Positions 38,298 through 50,719 of a stretch of 64,000 bases of DNA are shown here, piece by piece. This DNA is from Lytechinus pictus (Eukaryota), in contig NC_087257.1 in the NCBI RefSeq assembly GCF_037042905.1, positions 14,508,001 through 14,572,000 of the forward strand, read 5' to 3'. Position numbers and translations under genes: made by a program. Below the pieces are notes generated by a model. That model was not told the DNA's origin, did no database searches, and saw only the letters and a program-made list of their open reading frames with translations. Position 1 is the stretch's first letter. Each line of letters starts with the position of its first letter.

Positions 38298-38529
38298 TAG
38301 GGGCGCATCCAGGATTTTCCAAAGGGGGGGAGGGGCACATTTTCCCCGAGAAAAATTTGACAAGCAAAAAAAAAGGTCCTCACGTGTATGAACGACATAT
38401 TCCCATTGAAAATATATGCTGTCACCTTCAAGGGGGGGGGGGGCACACTTGTCTAAGAAGTGCATATTTACATCAGTTTGTTTTATCATGGCTCTCAAGG
38501 CCAGACGTGCCCCCCTGGATCCGCCACTG
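38298..38529. mobile_element. Poly-G/poly-C MITE, same family as 10041-10265
   Basis: TIRs taggggcgcatccagg / cctggatccgccactg. Perfect TSD atgtaagg at 38290-38297 and 38530-38537. Confidence 0.88.
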
Positions 38530-38821
38530 ATGTAAGGGGGTGGAGCTTAGCAAGTTGAAAATGTTCTGTCGAAAATCACCCTAAAATCTACGAAATATAT
38601 TTCGATACTTCATTTGCAAAATTATCATTCGATATCAATAGGAACGAACAGGATTCAAGGGTTTCAGGAGTTCTTCGAGGTTCCATAACCTCGAGTCAAA
38701 TAAGGAGCTATGGAAGCTTCATGGAAAGGAATGTTGGTTTGTTAAAATTTGAAAAATGATTGATAGATTTCAAAGTGTGTTTCCCTGAATAGCTAGTATC
38801 CACACATTGATGTGGATACAC

Positions 38822-40064
38822 TCAGTATATTGTTTTGACTGGGATACGGCTAACTGTGTGTGGTTTTCTCCTTTGTTGTTTTTTATTTTGTTGGTACAAT
38901 GGTGACAGAAGATCTGGTTGGTCTATCTTGCTCCTTGGCGCCAATCCCTGTGCCTTTTTAGAATTCCTAGATCCTCCCCCACCTTCACCATGGTTCAGTT
39001 TACTGCTCTGATGAACACCGAGAGGCATGTAGAGCGGAACCGGCGAATAGGAGTTGATCAGACTATCTTGGCTCTCTCTCTTTGGATCGTACATTCTTGG
39101 TGTTCGGTCTGTCCTTGGAGCTGTAGGTGATCGGTCGTCCTCCTCACGCAGTTGTGGCAGATGAGACACTGGAGCACCGATGTTCTTCTGTGCCAGTGAC
39201 CTTCGAGGATGTCTTTTTACATTTCTCGTCGGTAAATCCATGCCTTTCGTTGTTGCAGGAGGATGTCTTCTGTGTACCTTTCGTCTGCTGCCGTTATCGT
39301 CAGGGTAACCTGTATCTTGGTCATCGGTCCCATCGTGTCCATGTGGGTCGTAATCAAATTCATCAGAAAATACATTTTCAGGGTCTTCCCAGTGCTCCCT
39401 GTTTCCTTTAGAACTTGGGGGAAGATAGTGTATTTCAGGAATAGGAGTTTTCCGACTGAGTTTTGATCTTTCTTGCTTGGCTTTGAAACCGTTTAACTCA
39501 GAGGCATATCCGTTGTTTTGAGTAACCTGATGTGTGAGTAAATGATTCCGTTTGCCCTCTTGACGTCTGACCTTTTTATCATGATTCATGTTTCCCATTC
39601 CATTGACCCCGCTATCAATAGAGTTACGACTTATTTGTTTCAAGAGATCCGGACTAACATCCCCGTAATCAGAAGCTCTATCATGATCCCTACTTGTACC
39701 AAGTTGTCGCAAATGATCATAGAGTAGATCTGGGGAATACGACTCCTTGTATGCCGGTGTATCAAGATCATAATCAGTTTGAATAGCATCTTCGAGAGAT
39801 TCCCTGCTGCTTTCTAACCAGGGGACACTCCTAGTTGCTTTCTTTGCCGCCCTAGGTATAACTTGAGCCTTGTTTGTCTTGTCAATATGGTGGCGATTCT
39901 TGTGCAAAATCCCTTTGTCCTTGGAGCTCGTGTGATCTTGTCTGTCTAAGCCATCCTGCAGATGAAGTAACATTAGTTCATGTTCTAGTTGGTCTTTCCT
40001 CTCCTCTTCTTCTTGGACTGATGAGGATAATAGATCAACTCGCCCTTCCACCTCATTTTGGTAC
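38822..40064 (-). CDS. Uncharacterised coiled-coil protein, last coding exon (mostly disordered; C-terminal SRIP motif)
   Basis: 409-aa ORF. Acceptor tctttgaag|G at 40065/40064 is in phase with the upstream exon. Ends ...KKQQRRKPHTVSRIPVKTIY*. Confidence 0.85.
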
Positions 40065-40476
40065 CTTCAAAGATAAAAATGGACAAATATCGGATTAAGT
40101 ATTGCCCTGTCCAACAAAGATTAGTCAGCTATTATAAAAGCTTCGAAATCTACGAAGGCTAATTAAGAGTGTCACAGCAAAATTTTACTGCTCTCTTCTC
40201 ACACGCAGATTGATGATTAAAAACTGAATGAATTTATTAAACACTGCGAATCAATATTCACTCAAATCGTTTCTTCCAACCTTTTCCATTGACAGTCGAG
40301 CTACTTTGTTTTGCATTATCATCACCAATTCACCATATGTTTGCAAATCAATAATGTGCACAGAATCGGATTATTTAATACTGTTCTTTGGGATTTCTGC
40401 CATTTCGTTCATATTTTATTTACCCCCTCTTTTTCACTTCTTGAAAAACTACAGGGTTCATCGGAATAATACCCAC

Positions 40477-41830
40477 CTGGTGAATGTTGCTTTGAGGTCT
40501 AGCTTGAGTTTCAAGTCACTATTCATTAGTTTTTGACGATATTTTGAAACTTTTGAGAGCTCTTGAATATCATTTACTTTCTGATCAATAGTCTTAAGCT
40601 TCTCTGAAATGTGTCTTCTTTCTGAGTAGTCTTCTGCTTCTTCTAACTGCAGAATAAGTCGCTCTTTTACTCGTGTATAGATCTTCAGTTCGTCTTCCAT
40701 TGCTTCTATCGCGTTGTCTGCAAGCTTCATGTTTGATCTCAATTTTCGGATTCTTTCTTGTCTGCGATTAAAGAATTCAAGTTCGTTGGTCTCTGAGGCT
40801 AACTCCATTCGTCTCAAAGCAATAGAAGTGGTGAGTTCTTTGAGTCGTTTTTCAACTGTTTCGGTGACTGCAGGAAACGTTGGGTGAGTTTCAAAATCTA
40901 TGTCTTGGGGTGTTCTCGAAACCAAGGGATCATCTTGTGCATCGGAAGGAATTCTTTCAGTGTATCTTTCACTTTTTTCTTCTTTGAACTCCTTATCCAG
41001 TGTTTCTTCATTTCTGTAGTCAGTGCTGGGATTGTGATATTCATCAAGTCTGTGACGCTTTTGTGGAGAGGGCGATCTGTAGGGTATGGTTGACCGGTCC
41101 TCGTGTAATATGTCAGCTGTAGGCAGATGCTCCTTTGGAGATTCAGCTGAGTGAATGCCATCACTTTCCAAAGGAGGATCGGAGCTCGTGTCTTCACGGA
41201 TCTTCTGTCCTCGAAGACGTCTTCTTATCTTTTCAGCCTGGTACCACCAGCTTCGTGCTAACTTGATGGCGTTTTGTGTCTTATGCATGATATCTGGTAT
41301 AAGTCGTAATAGCTCCCCGAATCTATAGTGATTTGGATAGAGCTTCACATCATGAATCGATTCAGGATCGAACAATTCAACATCCACTTCCTCTGATTTC
41401 AGAAGACTACCCCAGCGGACATCAATCAGTTGCAGTTGGTGGATGGTTAAAAATAGCATCTCGCAATCTTTGGAAATATCGTACAACTTCCTGACTGGCA
41501 TTGACTCATTAAGCGCGTCGTAGCCTTTGGTGTTTGACATGACAAGGAGATTAGAACCCATGACCTCGCTACTTGCACGACGCCCTCTCTCGACCAGTTT
41601 GGCAGCTTGCGGAATCTCCTCCATCACCATCTCGTAATAAAATTCAAACAGTACTGAATAGATACGTTCATCAAATGTCGTTTTCATATCTTTAAGGTAT
41701 TTGATATCCTGGTTGAAGTCTTCGATCCGTTGCGTAGTTGATTTGTCGGTAAGATGCCTATCTTCAAGATCCGAGAACCAGCGATTTGTAAATTCTTTCA
41801 AACCATCCAAAGTATTCACATGACGATTAT
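40477..41830 (-). CDS. Uncharacterised coiled-coil protein, large internal exon (helical N-terminal region plus heptad-rich segment)
   Basis: 453-aa ORF. Acceptor ttgttatag at 41831 and donor AG|GTGGGT at 40476. Phases match both neighbouring exons. Confidence 0.87.
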
Positions 41831-42244
41831 CTATAACAAATCATACACGTAAAAACATAAGTATCGTTTCCGATTCGTTATATCTCTCTTGTATTTCATT
41901 TCTACCCGGTTACCTTTAATTTCCAATATTTTGTGGTATAAACAGAAAAACGCATAAACGCACAAAGATTATAGCACAAACGCACAAAGAGTATAGATTT
42001 CAAATTGATAAATTGAGAAAATAGCATTATTGAAGTTGGGAAATCGCATCACAGTAGGTAAAAAGTTATAATTGAATTAAATCATTGTCAAAGGATTAAC
42101 AGGGCCACAAAATAATGATCGAGGGTCCCTTTTATAGGGTGTTTAGGACATTTCATCACTTCAATTTGAATCTCTTCAAAACAAACCCTGGACAACCATG
42201 CAAACCATCAAAGAGCGATGAAGATACGTAGTAGGCCTACTTAC

Positions 42245-42395
42245 GAGGAATAACCTTGGCGAAGGCGCGATAGAGTGACCCCGTCTCGTGTTTCTCAAGG
42301 AAGGTTTGTAACATGCTCTCGAAGCTCTTCAGCTGTAGATGCATCATAGCGTTCTGTTTCCTCCCAGGAGCACCTCGCATCCGGTCCGGGTGCGT
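42245..42395 (-). CDS. Uncharacterised coiled-coil protein, upstream coding exon (ATG at 42380 if it is the first coding exon)
   Basis: Reads (THPDR)MRGAPGRKQNAMMHLQLKSFESMLQTFLEKHETGSLYRAFAKVIP. Donor GTAAGT at 42244 (phase 1, matches the next exon). Polypyrimidine acceptor ctttctcatcctcttag at 42396. Confidence 0.75.
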
Positions 42396-43364
42396 CTAAG
42401 AGGATGAGAAAGACGAGGCATACATGAATAGAATCTGAATATAATTTTTACAGCAAGCTGGACTTTTTGAGCAAAGTCAGACCCCCCCCCCCTCCCTCGC
42501 CTCTTACGTGTTTGGCATGCACAATCCAGGACTTTTTTAATCATAATTATTAATGTAGGTAGCTACGAGCAATTCAATAACAATTGCAATCAATAATCGA
42601 TGACAATGAATTAGACTTTTTGCTGTCCATCACTTAATGAAGCCCCAAATATTCCCCTTTCATTTTAAATACCTTCTCCCACTTTTGTTAGCTTTTTCAA
42701 CTTAAAAAAATAGATAAAAACTTTTTTTTTTACTTTAAAAACACTTTAACAATTTTAACGTTCTTTTTAAATACCCCTTTTCAATTTTTATTTCCTGTTT
42801 CAGCTCCTAAATGAATAAATTGGAATAAATTTTAGTTCGTGAATTTCAATGTTATCAAATGTCCTTTATATATATATATATATTTCCCCTTTTGATTTTG
42901 TTTTATTTCGTTTTTCGATGTAATTCGTCAACAGCACTAATTGGATATTTGGCTTATAAGGATATATCTGTAAAATGCTAAAAGATGTCGTTTCAATGTA
43001 TAAATATCTATACATAAAAAAAGCAGAATACTATTCTCGTAAACAAAATTAAAGCTCATTTATTTTTATCTTTATGATTTGTTGGCTGCAAACAGAATTT
43101 GTACAAAAAGTTGTTTCATAAGATTTGGTAACAATTGTTTAATCATGTTAATCTGTAACGCGCGACCCGCATAAAATTTGATCAATGACAGTCATCTAGC
43201 TTGAATCAATTAATCAGTGGGATTTGTATAAACATTTGCCGAATAAACATTTTCAATCACAAGATATACATGTATATGCAAATTTCATTTAAGCTGTTGG
43301 ACTGATGACCATGTCATTTTGCTCGAACAAAAACGAAGAACTCCAAATCAATAACCGGAACCAT

Positions 43365-43585
43365 TTTCGTTTCCATGAACAACTAAGCATCGATCACTTA
43401 AGAATGCTAGCAGATATGTCGATAAACACAAAAGCTCTATTTCTCTCACAGAGTGGACCACTGGCTGTCATGGAAACCGGGATAAACAAAAACGCACCCT
43501 GTATACTCCGATCGCATATGTTTAAACACCAACGCCATTCGTTCATCACGAAGCCATATTACAGCGAGATTATGTAAATATGACG
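43365..43585. promoter_or_regulatory. Cluster of RFX X-box-like and forkhead-like motifs upstream of (or in intron 1 of) the coiled-coil gene
   Basis: GTTTCCATGAACAAC 43369-43383 and GCTGTCATGGAAAC 43464-43477. TAAACA at 43423, 43483 and 43523; GTAAATA at ~43574. Confidence 0.45.
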
Positions 43586-46500
43586 GTATGGATTATTGAT
43601 ATTTTGTCAATATTTGAACTTGCTAAAGAATAATTAAACCAACAATTTTTCTGGCACGCCTTCCTGCCTTTATCAGTTTATTAAAGAAACTTCAGTCGTT
43701 TCCAGGTTAAGATATTTCAAAGAGCATTATAGAGAATGATTGGTCCTGATTTTTTTTACCGGCCTTCCGACCCTAGCAATATTCAGCAGCTGGGTAGGCC
43801 TATACATTGCATGGTGTTATATTTGAAATATAAAATGAATGCACGAATTAAGAAAAAAAAAAGGTAAAACACATTTAAAAATAGAACCTATGGTGATCCG
43901 TATTTTGCTACAGTAACACAAACGGAACCACCTCCAAACCGACCTATGGTCATTTGGAAATAATAATAAAACCTTGGTCGGTCTTGAGTCGGTTTCACGG
44001 GTGTGACTGTACATTTTTAAAATGTAATTTTCACCCAATGCAAACACACACAAAATCTAATTTGGCAAATTATTGTGAGGACAGTATGTTGCACAGTATT
44101 GGTTAAATGTTTTTTAAGCCTTTTAAGAGTGTAGCATTATAATAATCAAAAACTAGATTATGACAAGCCAAATTAAGATTAAAAAAAAATCTAGTTGCAA
44201 TTGCTGAAGTTGCAATCTACAGTATCGATTAACACTATAACGTTTCACATTTATTTTACTGCAAAGTATTATATTTCCAAAGTGTTCTGTTAAAATAGTT
44301 CAAATACAGAAATAGTTTGTAGTTTTAAAGCCTCATATTTATTGTATTTACGTAATGTATGTTATTACTATCTGCTCTGTATATATGATATTTTTCCTAT
44401 ATTGCGTAATTGATTGAGTTGAAATGATTCGAATTTCCCCATTCCCGAAAGTTGCCCTGACAGATGGACATTTAATGTTACCGATGCTGTCAACTATTCT
44501 ACTATCCGGATTCCGGACAAACTTTTATTCCATTCGAAAACAGTAACAATTTAAATGGTAGAACGAGCTAGAATGAGCCTTTTGTGTCTGCAGCCTTGGA
44601 AAAGAAACATTAATCAACTCCATTAATGAGCTTTGCAACGATTGCGATATTGAATTAATACATACTTTAATTTTTCATTATCCCTTGTATAGTAGGCCTT
44701 CAGATGGATCAATCACATGGAATAGCAATTACTCCTAATCAATAAGGATGGTTACATGCACTTGGCATCTTAATTTCTCTTCCGTTATAGTATTAACTGC
44801 AGTGCCCCCCAAAAAAATGTAAAAAAATAAAATAAAAAGCGCTAAATGTATACCAATGGAGTGTACATCTGTCTCATGTATTATGATAGAGTGTGGGGTG
44901 TGAGAGGGTGGTTGTGTGCGTGTGAGATTTGGGTATCATGTGCGCGGGTGCAAGGGTATGTGTGCGTGGGTGCAATAGTATGTGTGGGTGTGTGTAAGAG
45001 TATGTGTGGGTGTGTGTACGGATTTGTGTGTTCGTTTTTGTTAATGGCATGTACGTTTAAATGCGTACATGTGGCTGTGTGTGTGTGTTAATGGGGATAC
45101 GTGAAATACATGAGAGAAAAGGATTTTGTCGGTATGTGTTGTAAATAGTCCTGATACCGACCATAAATGCAGATGAAAAAATACAACCCCCCTTACACAC
45201 ACACACACACACACACATCAAGGTCACGTGCCAATGTAACGTCTACCTGGGTCTAGATGCGATGTGATCAAATTCAATTTCGATCATATCCAACATAAAA
45301 AACAATACGAAGTCACAGCCTGGATTATGATTCGATAGCGTCACTGAGAAATAAAAGATGAATAAAGTGTAAATACTGAAGATTTCGTTTGTTTGTTTGT
45401 AGACAATGATTAATACATTTTAGAAGAAAGGTCTCTATGTGCTAAAGGGGGAGGGGTGAGAAATTCCATGATCAATACGATATTGATGTGTTGATTGTAC
45501 AGCCTCTAAGTATCTCCATGGTAACGTAAGTTAAGTTATTACCAATGAGTACTTGAAACATGATTAGAAATCTGTGCCCGTAAGCGGAGTTAAAAAAGGA
45601 AAGGCAAACAGTGATCGGATCATCGTTAATGGTTTCTCAACTGCTATTTGGTTATAATTAATAAGGGGTTACGTATGAAGATCAACAAATCTCTCAATTG
45701 ATTGTCAAGAGAGCAGGACGATTGCTCAATCGATTCGCTGCCTCGAGTGTCATAAAAGTAGATCTATAAACAGTGCCACAAAAATTTCTAGCGGAAAAAG
45801 TGTGGGAGTGCGTATGTGTGTGAGAGAGAGAGAAGGGGGAGGACACAGAGTGGAGAGGGCAAGGGGGAATGGTTGGGCGGTGGGGGGATGGGGTGGACGG
45901 TGAAAGGACTACATAGGGGTTATATTGCGGCAGGTTACATCCGCAAATAAGATTAGGCTTATACATTTACAGAAAAAGAAGAGCAAAGTATCTAGGGGTA
46001 ATAAATCAGCCCTCCTAAAAGAAAGGGGGGGGGGTCTGCATGGTGGGCGAGCGAAACGAACAGCTCAAATGAGATATTGTCGAACCGCAAATATTGCGCT
46101 GATAAGATGAATGCGATTCTTGTATTATAATGTTGATAATTGCAGTATAGAGCATGAAATGCATGCATATAATACTTCATGAATTGAATCCAATTAGTGT
46201 CCTCTTTGTCATATGTGATGTATGATCAGACAGAAATAATATAACGTTTCGATTCCGAAACGAAACTATAATGCCTTACAAAATCATCACATTAGAAATC
46301 TTAATCAAGGAAAGACAAAAGATCACTTGTCAGCACGAATAAATTGAATTGATAGCACAATACGTATCATGGTGACCAGATAGGTGCAATAAAATATATC
46401 CAAGTCGCCTTTTTAATATGCTGGTTCTCAATTATGAAAATATGATAATGGCTTTAGCATTTACACACAGACCTTCATTTATCTGAAGTATATATTTTTC

Positions 46501-47079
46501 GGCTTTCATGTGGTCTCGATTAAAATGATACAGCCAACAACACGGCTATATCATGTATACAGACGAAAAGAAAAATAGAGGATAATCTTAATAAATATAA
46601 AAAATATCTTTGGGCTGTAATGAGAATGTTCTTTTGCAATTAGTTAAATTAGAAAAAACTCATTGAAGATATCATTCCGGGATATCATTCCACAAAGTTG
46701 ATGGTAAATATTGCAGTCAGTTGTCCCATTTTGTTCGCGGCAGTGGTGGTGGTGGTAGTGGTGGAGATACAGATTCTGCATCGATAGTTGTGGAGGAGGT
46801 TATCTTGTATGTTAAAAAGCTTGTGTGAGTAGTCTCTAAATGCAGAAGACCTTGTCTGGATTTTAGCTCCCTTTGGAGTGAACATGGATAAAAAAGATGC
46901 ACTGATCACTCCAAAAGGAGCTATTTTTAACTGCAAAAGGATCTTTTAAATCACTAGTATCAGTCTGAGAGGAGTGAAGTGAATCGGTGATGATCATCAT
47001 TATATTATATGATCCTCTCCCAAGCGCAGGCTGCTGGACAAGATTCAAAATCCGAGAAAAGGATTCGTTCCCCTTCCCC

Positions 47080-47310
47080 GCCCCGGTCGGCGCCCATCAT
47101 AACAATTTCCTGACTCTTAGAGCAGAGCTGTGTTGGTCATGTTAATTGGCATGTGTGCCTCAGAAACAGCCCTTGCCTGGCCAGGATTCTCCACAGGTAG
47201 TGGAGAAGGTGCACTTTATGTGTGGATCAGTAATGGATCCAATGATCCGGGTAATAAAAATTACATGTATAAAAGCGCTTAGAAATACATCGGATGGAAC
47301 GCTCTATAAA
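47080..47310 (+). mobile_element. Degenerate SINE 3' portion followed by (ATT/ATC)n low-complexity tract
   Basis: gtggagaaggtgca...ggatcc.atga.ccgggtaataa...aagcgcttaga...cgctctataaa matches the tail of the SINEs at 36.6 and 47.6 kb. Confidence 0.65.
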
Positions 47311-47616
47311 TAACTATTATTATTACTATTATCATTATTATTATTATCACCATCATTATCATTATTATTGTCATAATTAATATCAATATTATTATCATCA
47401 TCATTATCATAATAATTATTATCAGTAGTAGTATTATTATCATTACCATCATTGCCATTATTCACAGTAGTAGTAGTAGTAGTAGGAGTAGTCACTGTAT
47501 CATTATGAGTTATTTTTTGTAAATTTCATTTATGCTTAGTTTTTTATAGAGAATAAATATGATACAAAAATCCTCTCCCATCTCCTACGCCCTACTTGAC
47601 CTATAGATAAAAAAGT

Positions 47617-47958
47617 GGAAGCGTCGTGGTGTAGCGGTTCTGACTATCGCCTTGTAATCAGAGGGTCGTGTGTTCGAATCCCACCATTGCCTAGCGTCCT
47701 TTGGCAGGGCGTTAATCCACACTTTGCCATTCTCCACCCAGGTGTTAAATGGGTACCCGGTAGGATGTGAAAGCCTATATGTAGTATGCCTAGCAATTGA
47801 GTCTTGGAACTCTTGTTGGAATGCTCCCCAGGGAGTGGAGAAGGTGCATACATTGTATGCGGGCATGCAAGGATCCGATGACGGGGGTAATAATATGTCT
47901 GTAAAGCGCTTAGAGACGTCCTTCCGATGTATTAAGCGCTATATAAATTATTATTATT
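47617..47958 (+). mobile_element. tRNA-derived SINE, full length
   Basis: A-box tggtgtagcgg, B-box gttcgaatccc, same body and tail as 36603-36955. Confidence 0.92.
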
Positions 47959-50514
47959 AAATCATCTGCACCAATGCACAGAGAGCGCCCGGATATCATG
48001 AAAAGGCGAATACCCCTAATCGACTCCTAATTCTTTCTTTCCACTCAACTTCCTTTGCTTTATTCCTATATCGACATCTTGATATTTTCTTTAAAGATCA
48101 TAGGAGGCTGTTACACACACCCTCACCCGCACACACGCACCCACACACACAAACATAAATAAATATATATATATATATATATTTGCATATATATATATAT
48201 ACATGTTTATACATATATATTATATATGTATGTATATATCATATATATATACATTTATATGGCAACAATGTTTTACTCCCTTGACAGAAAAAAGATATAT
48301 ATTTAAGAGAATTCAATCATCCACAGATATGGCAATATCATACGAAACACTTTGGTAAATTTTTCATTCTCTTATTATTCAAGTGTTGCAGTTGCGTGTT
48401 TTTGGTCATAAAATATGAAGTAATGATCGTCGGGATTAACCTATTTTGCTGCGCCCGATAGTCAATAATGCTTTTTTCTAGACATGTACGATCATTAACA
48501 TACCATGCCTGGCAGCCTTCTTTTTAGATGAACCCATTTGTTTAATCATACTTTTTGGTAGCTTTCTGGTAGGTTAGGTGTATCAGTAACCGTGACTTAA
48601 TTCCCCTTCAGCCTGTTTGCATGTTATTTACCTGTATTATCATGGTTCTGTCTGCATAAACCCCTAACAACGGCTTAGCGTTGTAATGTTGTGCTTTTGC
48701 CTTATCATATAATGATGACAGTTGTAATCTGTGCATTGCTTGTTGCTTATCTCTGCTAATTACTCGTTCTCTTAATAATCAGTATATTCACCGATGTAAA
48801 CATACTTAAATCATGTCAAACGGTCAAATAATTTCCACTGCAACATAACTGAAAGCAAAATATTGTTTTAATTCTCAACTTGAAGATCCCTAAATATTTT
48901 CCTGGCCCCACCACAAGGGCGATGGCAGGTGCCGGGGCGACCGCCTATCGATTTTTTTTTTTCATTTAAGTAACTGAGGAAATGAAAGAAAGAAAAGAAA
49001 AAATATCCCTATTTATTATTCAAATGAATGAAAAACATCCGAGCACCGCCCCTGAATTACTTCATTTCCAGACTATAGATCACAAGATTCGAGATTCGAT
49101 CGATTCCCGACTCGGCACTAACGCCCTTTGTTGAGCAGCGTTGACTTTTGGGGATTTCGAAAATGTTCTAAATTCGGGGTTTTTGTTAAAGCCTTTGGGG
49201 ATAAAAAAATATATATATATTTGGGGATTAAGATAAAAGTAGGTATTTTTGTCCATATTAGGGGATTTTTTTAAGGTTTGGGTTAATGATAACATAATAG
49301 TAGTATACGATCTACTGTAGATAGTCAATGCATAGAATGCAAATCGGCGCACGCCTTAAGCAATTCAACCGATGGTTCAGTAAATTTGACTTTATGACAC
49401 AATGGTATATAGTGGTGCCAATCTACAATGCATCATAAGCTTTAAAAGAGAGATCTGCTTAACAAACGAGCACACATTAACTAGTTTGGGGGAAATAAAT
49501 AACCATGATAGCTAGTCCTCATTTTTTTCAGAAAGTATTGTGATTTTAAATATTTGGGTATTTGGGGTCCTATTTGGGGATTTTTCAAGTGCCTTTTGGG
49601 TATTTTCTTCAGCTTGGACCTGAAGAAACTGTCGTTGAGGTGTTGATCTACATTTGCCATCATCGACCCAGGTGTAGTACCCGGCAGCAAAAATTGCTTC
49701 GAATGCTGCAAAAAAGCAGCAAATTGACAACTATATGCTCAAGCCGGGATAACAGTTATGCAGCCCTTAGAAACATTTTTATAGGAAAAATCATCGCGGA
49801 TATCATCAGGTTCGTGAATTCTGGTTTCATAGACTAACCAACATCAATATTTATCGGTGATACCTCGCTCGTTTGTCTTCGGCCAGCCATTGCCACTATG
49901 CAAAATCAATGAGAAGAAAATGACCAATACAAATTTCACTAATAAGTATGTCCAGTTCGAAGGGGGAGGGGTGGGCAACACAGTAATGTATTGTCCTTGG
50001 TCATATTACTAAAGAAGAGCTTCTTCGGTGAAAATATTTTTGCATGAAAACAACCGGTAACATTTTTTAAGTTGATATTAAGAAAAGGAATTAGATTCCC
50101 GTTTCCATCTTTAAAGTTACCTTTAAACGAATATCATTTTGCATGAATATACGAAATGAATAGTGCATTGAAATCATTTCAGACCCAATAACTCTTCTTG
50201 AATACTTATCATAATGCGAACATAATCTCAGTGATACCAATTTATACAGTGTAATGAATTATCTAACTGGCAAAACAAAGTTCCAGATAAAGCAATCTTT
50301 TGGATAATGTAAAATATTATACTTATCGTTTCATCAAAATATAGCAGGGCTTGGGCAATTACAAACGAAGATGTTCATTTTGTTTCAACAGTTCAAATTT
50401 TGATCGAACCAATTGATGATAAGATATCAAGTGTTAGGTCTTATAAATCATGTATTAACGCCAAATAAAAAGTAACTATATACCATGACTATATGGTACA
50501 ATACTCACAAAATA

Positions 50515-50686
50515 CAGTTAAACCTGTCTTAGTGGCCCATGTCTATCGTGGAAACCTGTCTTTAATGGCCACCAAAATTGTTTACAATTTGAAAGGAATC
50601 ACGTGTGGGAGAACCTGTCTATAAAGGTGACCATAATCTTTGTTGTTTCCCATTTTGAGTGGCCTTAATAGATGGGTTTAATGCTG
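50515..50686. mobile_element. TA-flanked Tc1/mariner-like MITE (degenerate)
   Basis: ta|cagttaaacctgtc ... gatgggtttaatgctg|ta with internal aacctgtc repeats. Confidence 0.6.
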
Positions 50687-50695
50687 TATACTTAC

Positions 50696-50719
50696 AAAGT
50701 ATTCTGCATCACCCTCCAT
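50696..50719 (-). CDS. Candidate first coding exon (MEGDAEYF) of the coiled-coil gene
   Basis: gaaATGG start, 8 codons, donor GTAAGT at 50695 (phase 0, matching the phase-0 acceptor at 42396). CCAAT (50992) and a GC-box (51020) lie upstream. Confidence 0.4.

Noticed and set aside
46685-47048. Short minus-strand ORFs with Pro- or Thr-rich tracts, as possible extra exons
   Set aside because: They derive from a (GTG)n run and a palindromic TE fragment, and I found no consistent splice pair. This cannot be fully excluded without RNA data.
47617-47700. tRNA gene candidates at 47.6 kb and 36.6 kb
   Set aside because: The A/B boxes continue into a shared SINE body and LINE-type tail, with no acceptor stem or terminator.
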